Assembly (NCBI GenBank): GCA_024234215.1
Contig: JACKOQ010000001.1
Location: forward strand, 671,674-735,673
DNA: 64,000 nucleotides
Reading direction: 5' to 3'
From: Pseudomonadales bacterium
Lineage (GTDB): Bacteria > Pseudomonadota > Gammaproteobacteria > Pseudomonadales > UBA5862
Below are positions 58,790-64,000 of the stretch, in pieces. Within the stretch, counting starts at the first letter, position 1. Each line of letters opens with the position of its first letter. The notes beneath the pieces were generated by a model. It saw only the letters and a list, made by a program, of their open reading frames with translations, ran no database searches and was not told the DNA's origin. The translations under genes were made by a program, and so were the position numbers.

Positions 58790-58814
58790 ACATGTTCCGT
58801 GATACGGAACATGT
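58790..58814. promoter_or_regulatory. Perfect 11-bp inverted repeat; candidate HigA/HigBA operator overlapping the higB promoter
   Basis: ACATGTTCCGT-gat-ACGGAACATGT sits 7 nt upstream of the higB ATG. On the coding strand a TTGACA (58817-58812) overlaps the distal arm. Confidence 0.65.
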
Positions 58815-58892
58815 CAAGCGGAAAGAGTGCCTTCATCGCGCCCACCGCCACTGATAGGCCAATCGGGTGCATCGGATCAAGAAAAGATGACC

Positions 58893-59621
58893 CTACAACA
58901 GCCTTCGCCACAGCGGTTCGCCCCGGCATTCGCGGGCAATGGCATCGAGGGCGGCTTCGTGGCGGGCCAGCTCTTCGGCGGAGGCGGCAATGACCGGCAG
59001 GCGTGGTCGGTCGGCTGCCAGTTGCGTCAGCTGTTCGACCATGGTCTGGCTGCCTGGGTGGATGGCAGCGCTCTGTGCTTCATCGAGCGAGAGGCTGACC
59101 TGACCGCTGGTCATCAGCAGGTAGAGGTCGGCCAGTATCTCGGCGTCGAGCAGGGCGCCGTGGAGTTGCCGGGCCGAGTTGTCGACGCCATAGCGGGTGC
59201 AGAGCGCATCGAGGCTGTTCTTTTGCCCCGGATGGCGGTTGCGTGCCAGCTTCAGGGTGTCGGTGATGGCGCAGAGCTGCTCGATGCGGCGGGGCTCACG
59301 GTTCAGCAGCTCCAGTTCGCGGTTGAGGAACTCCAGATCGAAGGGGGCGTTGTGGATGATCAGTTCCGCGCCATCGATGAACTGCAGAAACTCCGCGGCG
59401 ATTTCGGCAAACAGCGGTTTGTCGGCCAGAAATTCGTCGCCGAGGCCATGAACGGCCAGTGCGCCGGCGTCCACCGCCCGTTCGGGATTGAGGTATTGGT
59501 GATAGTGGCGTCCGGTTGGGCGGCGATTGATGATCTCGACGGCGCCGATTTCGATGACGCGGTGGCCAAGACGGGCTTCGAGCCCGGTGGTTTCGGTGTC
59601 GAGCACGACCTGACGGCTCAT
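58893..59621 (-). CDS. dnaQ: DNA polymerase III epsilon subunit (3'-5' exonuclease)
   Basis: Exo [10 protein letters not shown], Exo [15 protein letters not shown], Exo [17 protein letters not shown]. Confidence 0.95.
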   Translation of the reverse strand: MSRQVVLDTETTGLEARLGHRVIEIGAVEIINRRPTGRHYHQYLNPERAVDAGALAVHGLGDEFLADKPLFAEIAAEFLQFIDGAELIIHNAPFDLEFLNRELELLNREPRRIEQLCAITDTLKLARNRHPGQKNSLDALCTRYGVDNSARQLHGALLDAEILADLYLLMTSGQVSLSLDEAQSAAIHPGSQTMVEQLTQLAADRPRLPVIAASAEELARHEAALDAIARECRGEPLWRRLL

Positions 59622-60097
59622 CGGGCCTCTCCCTGGACCTTTTTGTTGGCGCCGCCGCCGAGCAGTTCATCGATCGCCTGGTTGGCCAGTTGATCAGCCA
59701 GTTCATTTTCGGCGTGGCCGCTGTGTCCCTTGATCCAGTGCCAGTCGACCCGCAGGTGGCGGCTGCTCTGCTGGTCGAGCTCCATCCACAGGTCGACATT
59801 CTTCACCGGCTGGCGGCTGGCGCTCTTCCAGCCGCGTTTTTTCCAGTTGGCCAGCCATTCTGTCATTCCCTGCTGGACATATTTGGAGTCGGTGGTGATC
59901 GAGACGTGGCAGGGCCGCTTGAGGGCGGCCAGCCCGGCAATCGCAGCCTGGAGCTCCATGCGGTTGTTGGTGGTCAGGGGCTCGCTGCCATAAAGCCGCT
60001 TTTCGTGGCCGTTGCAGCGCAACAGCGCGCCCCAGCCGCCGGGACCCGGATTGCCGCGGCAGGCGCCGTCGCAATAGATTTCGACCTTCTCACTCAT
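59618..60097 (-). CDS. rnhA: Ribonuclease HI
   Basis: [19 protein letters not shown]...TNNRMELQA...[20 protein letters not shown]; the stop overlaps the dnaQ start by 4 nt. Confidence 0.97.
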   Translation of the reverse strand: MSEKVEIYCDGACRGNPGPGGWGALLRCNGHEKRLYGSEPLTTNNRMELQAAIAGLAALKRPCHVSITTDSKYVQQGMTEWLANWKKRGWKSASRQPVKNVDLWMELDQQSSRHLRVDWHWIKGHSGHAENELADQLANQAIDELLGGGANKKVQGEAR

Positions 60098-60878
60098 GCG
60101 ATTCGCTCTTGCTCACCTGGCCCATGACCAGTTTGGGGGTGCCGACGGCGGCCAGTCGCAGCCGGCGGCGGGCGATGGGTTGAGCGATCAGCGCCGCCCG
60201 TTTTTTGCGTGCCACCAGCAGATAGATGGCGCCGATCGGCCAGTGGTGTTGCCGCGCAATCTGGCTCATCCCGCGCCAGTGACGGGACCAGGCGCGTGGT
60301 TGCAGCGGCAGTCCGAACCGATCGTAGAGGGCCCCCTCGGGCTGGCAGCGCAGCAGCGACAGCCAGTCTTCCATGCGCGAGGCGGTCAGAAAGTGGCCGG
60401 ACCAGGGGCCGCTGCCCCGATGGGCGGCGATGCGTTGCCACAGGCCCCACAATGAGCGCGGGTTGAAGCCGATGATCAGGATGCGGCCTTCGGGGGCCAG
60501 GGTCTGCACCGCTTCGCGCACGGTTCGATGCGGGTCGGCACAGAACTCCAGCAGGTGGTGGAGCAGCACCACGCTGGCGCTCTCCGGATAGAGCGGCAGG
60601 GCGGTGGGTTCCGCCACCAGTGCTGGTGGCGGGCAGTGTGGATGCAGCAGCGGGCTCAGTCGGCACTGCTGGGTGATCGGGCAGCGTTCGTAGTCGAACT
60701 GGGTCGAAAAGGGACTGATCTCGACCAGCAGGTCACCATGGCAGCTTGGCAATATCTGATCGAGCAGACGCTGTTCGATCTCCAGCAGCTCCTGGCCCAG
60801 CGGGCTGGTGAACCAGCGCTGTGCCTGCTCCAGCATGACCCGGGTGTGGAGGGTGGATTGGGGCATCGTCTTGACCAT
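60090..60878 (-). CDS. Class I SAM-dependent methyltransferase-like protein (conserved rnhA-upstream gene)
   Basis: Conserved position between gloB and rnhA. A methyltransferase-type fold is suggested by ...LLVEISPF... and [40 protein letters not shown]. Confidence 0.7.
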   Translation of the reverse strand: MVKTMPQSTLHTRVMLEQAQRWFTSPLGQELLEIEQRLLDQILPSCHGDLLVEISPFSTQFDYERCPITQQCRLSPLLHPHCPPPALVAEPTALPLYPESASVVLLHHLLEFCADPHRTVREAVQTLAPEGRILIIGFNPRSLWGLWQRIAAHRGSGPWSGHFLTASRMEDWLSLLRCQPEGALYDRFGLPLQPRAWSRHWRGMSQIARQHHWPIGAIYLLVARKKRAALIAQPIARRRLRLAAVGTPKLVMGQVSKSESHE

Positions 60879-61002
60879 CTGGATCAGTTCTCGGGTGTGA
60901 GGTCAGGCGAAAGTTTTGGATCCATGGCGCCGTGCTGGTCTTGTCTGATGTCGATGGCCATGGTTTCCTGTGTCGTCCGGCCAGTGGAGTCAGGAGATGA
61001 TC

Positions 61003-61782
61003 ATGTTGAAAACGATACCAATTCCAGCCTTCAGCGACAATTATATCTGGCTGTTGCACGAGGTGGACGGGGCCCATGCGTGGGTGTGCGATCCGGGCGA
61101 TGCGGCCGTGGTCGAGCGCTACCTCGAGGCGCATGGGCTGACGCTCTCGGGCATTTTCATCACCCACCACCATCCCGACCACATCGGTGGCGTGGCCGGA
61201 CTGATGGCAGGGCGTTCGATTCCGGTACTGGGGCCGCGTCATGAAAAGATCCCCCATCTGACCCAGCCGCTGGGCGAGGGTGATGTCTGCCAGATCCTGG
61301 GGCATGAAGTGCGGATTCTGGACATTCCGGGCCATACCTTGGGGCACATTGCCTACTTGATCGAGGGTGAAACAGCGCTACTCTTCTGTGGAGACACGCT
61401 GTTTGCCGGCGGTTGCGGACGCATTTTTGAAGGCACTGTGGCGCAGATGTACCAGTCGCTGATGAAACTGGCGGCACTTCCACCACAAACCGCGGTCCAT
61501 TGCGCGCATGAATACACGCTGAGCAACCTGCGTTTTGCGGCGGTGGTCGAGCCCGACAACGCACAGTTACAGCGCCGGATCGTCACGGAAAATGAAAAAA
61601 GAGGTTGCGGCGAACCGACGGTTCCGTCGACAATCGGCCTCGAACTTGCTACGAACCCTTTTCTGAGGGGCCACGTGGCCGAGGTCAAAAGGGCGGCGGA
61701 GGCTTGGAAACAGGGTCCACTTGCCCAGCAAGAAGAGATTTTTGGCGCCATCCGCCACTGGAAGGATGGTTTCAAGGGATAG
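61003..61782 (+). CDS. gloB: Hydroxyacylglutathione hydrolase (glyoxalase II)
   Basis: IPAFSDNYIWLL, the metallo-beta-lactamase motif THHHPDHIGG, and the C-terminal CAHEYTLSNLRFA. ATG 61003 lies 6 nt after AGGAG. Confidence 0.95.
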   Translation: MLKTIPIPAFSDNYIWLLHEVDGAHAWVCDPGDAAVVERYLEAHGLTLSGIFITHHHPDHIGGVAGLMAGRSIPVLGPRHEKIPHLTQPLGEGDVCQILGHEVRILDIPGHTLGHIAYLIEGETALLFCGDTLFAGGCGRIFEGTVAQMYQSLMKLAALPPQTAVHCAHEYTLSNLRFAAVVEPDNAQLQRRIVTENEKRGCGEPTVPSTIGLELATNPFLRGHVAEVKRAAEAWKQGPLAQQEEIFGAIRHWKDGFKG

Positions 61783-61912
61783 AAACAAGGCCACCGTCAT
61801 CACCACGGCTGTTGTGAATCAATTTCTCAACTGGAGTAGAAACCCACTCAGGGCTGCAAAGGCGCAACCCTAAGACGATCACCCAGCGGCTTGGGCGATC
61901 GACATCGATGAG

Positions 61913-63595
61913 GTGTTCATTTTGCCGAGTTTCAAACAGACACTGTCTGCACTCATATTCTGTATGGTTCTGACGACGGGCTGCAGCCTGGTCGAACAGG
62001 ACTCCTCCCGACTGGCGGATCACTCCGCTGCGAACGGCAACCGGCCCGGTGGCGCAACCGGTGGAGAGATCCACCAGGCCATCGAGAATGGCACGGCAGG
62101 AGACTACAACTGGTTTGCGCCAGAGGTGGCTTCGCTGAACCAGCCGGCGCCTGACATCTGGGAATCACTGCGCAAAGGCTTCAGGCTGCGTGACGAGATG
62201 GCGCATCCCCGGGTTGCTGTGCAGCGGCGCTTGCTGCTTGAACAGTCGAGCTTTGTCGAGAAGGCTGCGGAAAATCCGACGCGCTATCTCTACCACGTCA
62301 AGCAGGCACTGGTCGAGCGTAACTTTCCGCTGGAGCTGGCCTTTTTGCCGATGATCGAATCGGGTTACGACCCGCGTGCACGCTCGGCGAGTCAGGCCAC
62401 GGGCATGTGGCAGTTGATCCCCTCCACCGCGCGCCATTTGGGTTTGCGCAAGAATACCGGCTATGACGGCAGCCGTGATGTGGTGGAGTCGACCGAGGCA
62501 GCGCTGCAATATCTCGATCAGATGCAGAAGCATTTCGACGGCGACTGGCTGCTGACGCTGGCCGCCTACAACGCCGGTCAAGGCGCCATCGACCGTGCCA
62601 TCGAGCGCAACCGCGCGCTGGGCAAGCCGACCGATTTCTGGCATCTGAATCTGCCGCAGCAGACCATGGAGTTCGTGCCGCGCATCCTTGCCTTTGCCCA
62701 ACTGGCCGCCGAGGCGGACAAATATCAGGTTGCGTTGCCGAACATCCCTGATCGACCCTATTTCGTGACGGTCGACATCGCACGACAGATCGAACTTTCG
62801 GTTGCGGCCGAACTGGCCAAACTGCCGTTGGAGGAGATCGAACGGCTCAATCCGGGCTATAGACGCGGGACCACCGACTCTCATGGAAATCATCGGCTGC
62901 TGATTCCGGCCGCCCAGGCGGAGGCACTCAACTACAAGCTGTCGCTCTTTCCTGCCGAGCGTGCTGCGGGCTGGCAGCATTACAAGGTGAAGGAGGGTGA
63001 TTCGCTGGAGTCGATCGCACAGCGTTTCGACACTTCGACGACAACGATCCAGCAGCTCAACGAACTGGACGGCTCGCTCAGAACCGGAGAGAAGCTGGTG
63101 CTTCCGGCGCCCTGGAGTCTGCTGACGAAGCGCAGCGAGAGTGACACGCAAGGCACCGCTGCACAGCACGCCGAGTCCGCCCGAGACAGCGGCGAAAAGA
63201 GCGCGCAATATCGAGTCAGGCAGGGTGACACCCCGTGGCGGATCGCCCAACAGCATGGAATTTCAGTGGACGAGTTGGCTCGCCTGAATGGTGAGGCCAA
63301 GGTGGCCAGCCTGCGTCCGGGCATGCTGCTGCAGGTGCGGTCGCAGGACCAGGCAGCGGCAACGCAGCGGCGTGACCCGACTGCTGAGCGCCCGAGCATG
63401 CAGAAGGCAGCGACGCAGCGGGTGGACTATCGGGTCCGCAAGGGCGACACGCTCTACCGCATTGCCAGCCGTTTCAAGCTTCCGGTCGAAAAAATTCTGG
63501 AGTGGAACGAGTCTGTCCGCGGCGAGCAGACCATCAAGCCGGGTGATCAGGTGACCCTCTATGTCGAACCGCAAAAGCTGCCGGCAGAGAGCTGA
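61913..63595 (+). CDS. mltD: Membrane-bound lytic murein transglycosylase D-like lipoprotein (SLT domain + 3 LysM repeats)
   Basis: Lipobox LTTGC, an SLT core (LAFLPMIESGYDPRARSASQATGMWQLIPST...AAYNAG) and three LysM-like repeats (YKVKEGDSLESIAQRF, YRVRQGDTPWRIAQQH, YRVRKGDTLYRIASRF). The GTG start is uncertain by a few codons. Confidence 0.92.
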   Translation: MFILPSFKQTLSALIFCMVLTTGCSLVEQDSSRLADHSAANGNRPGGATGGEIHQAIENGTAGDYNWFAPEVASLNQPAPDIWESLRKGFRLRDEMAHPRVAVQRRLLLEQSSFVEKAAENPTRYLYHVKQALVERNFPLELAFLPMIESGYDPRARSASQATGMWQLIPSTARHLGLRKNTGYDGSRDVVESTEAALQYLDQMQKHFDGDWLLTLAAYNAGQGAIDRAIERNRALGKPTDFWHLNLPQQTMEFVPRILAFAQLAAEADKYQVALPNIPDRPYFVTVDIARQIELSVAAELAKLPLEEIERLNPGYRRGTTDSHGNHRLLIPAAQAEALNYKLSLFPAERAAGWQHYKVKEGDSLESIAQRFDTSTTTIQQLNELDGSLRTGEKLVLPAPWSLLTKRSESDTQGTAAQHAESARDSGEKSAQYRVRQGDTPWRIAQQHGISVDELARLNGEAKVASLRPGMLLQVRSQDQAAATQRRDPTAERPSMQKAATQRVDYRVRKGDTLYRIASRFKLPVEKILEWNESVRGEQTIKPGDQVTLYVEPQKLPAES

Positions 63596-63698
63596 TTCAT
63601 TGTCTGCGCTGTCGGCAACGACGTAAACTTGCCGAGGTCTTGATTTCTGATCGAGGCTCCGTGATACAGGTTCGCTGGAAGCAGAAGGAGTGGGAAGC

Positions 63699-64000
63699 AT
63701 GAGCAATGAAATGGAACCCTTGGTCGAGGTCAGCCGTCGCCGTCCGCCGCGCGCCAAGCGCGGCCGCACACAGTTGCAGGATGCGCAGACCCTGCGCGAT
63801 TGTGTCGAGATCGCCATGAACAACTACTTCGAGAATCTCGATGGACAGGCAGTCAGCGATGTCTATGAGATGGTGCTCTCCGAGATCGAACCGCCGCTGC
63901 TCGAGGCCGTACTGCGCCACGTCCATCACAATCAGACCAAGGCGTCACAGGTCCTAGGCCTCAATCGGGGCACCCTGCGCAAGAAGATGAAAGCCTACGG
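63699..64000 (+). CDS. fis: Fis-family DNA-binding protein (3' end truncated by window edge)
   Basis: My own translation from ATG 63699 (after GAAGGAG) gives MSNEMEPLVEV...LRDCVEIAMNNYFENLDGQAVSDVYEMVLSEIEPPLLEAVLRHVHHNQTKASQVLGLNRGTLRKKMKAYG. This matches the Fis C-terminal HTH signature. It is absent from the ORF track because no stop codon falls inside the window. Confidence 0.85.
   Translation, partial: MSNEMEPLVEVSRRRPPRAKRGRTQLQDAQTLRDCVEIAMNNYFENLDGQAVSDVYEMVLSEIEPPLLEAVLRHVHHNQTKASQVLGLNRGTLRKKMKAY

Overview
This is a 64-kb, roughly 65% GC chromosomal segment from a proteobacterium. The gene order (accB-accC-prmA, gltBD-hemE, rnhA-dnaQ, gloB-mltD, mutY-yggX) resembles gamma/beta-proteobacterial core genome, but the species cannot be determined from the sequence alone. 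Most of the window is densely packed, intact housekeeping genes. Four parts are not ordinary core. (1) At 0.1-12.2 kb there is a two-partner secretion locus, tpsB followed by a 3485-aa FhaB-like exoprotein. (2) At 13.7-15.2 kb there is an acylphosphatase/DJ-1-PfpI fusion gene followed by an orphan ORF. (3) At 41.0-44.8 kb there is a NorR / sigma54 / hmp nitric-oxide module in which hmp is translationally coupled to an HPP-family membrane protein. (4) At 54.3-58.8 kb, between a TPP enzyme gene and dnaQ, there is an accessory islet. It holds a lower-GC stretch with only short ORFs, a PLD-nuclease/SF2-helicase/DUF3427 gene broken by many frameshifts, and an intact higB-higA pair with a perfect palindromic operator. 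Two tRNA genes (Phe-GAA, Val-GAC) each have their own near-consensus promoter and terminator. I found no CRISPR array, IS element, integrase or prophage. I did not find an intact, clearly novel multi-gene system. The best candidates for follow-up are the higBA-helicase islet, the hmp-HPP coupling and the AcyP-DJ-1 fusion. All domain calls come from reading motifs in the supplied translations; no database search was possible.
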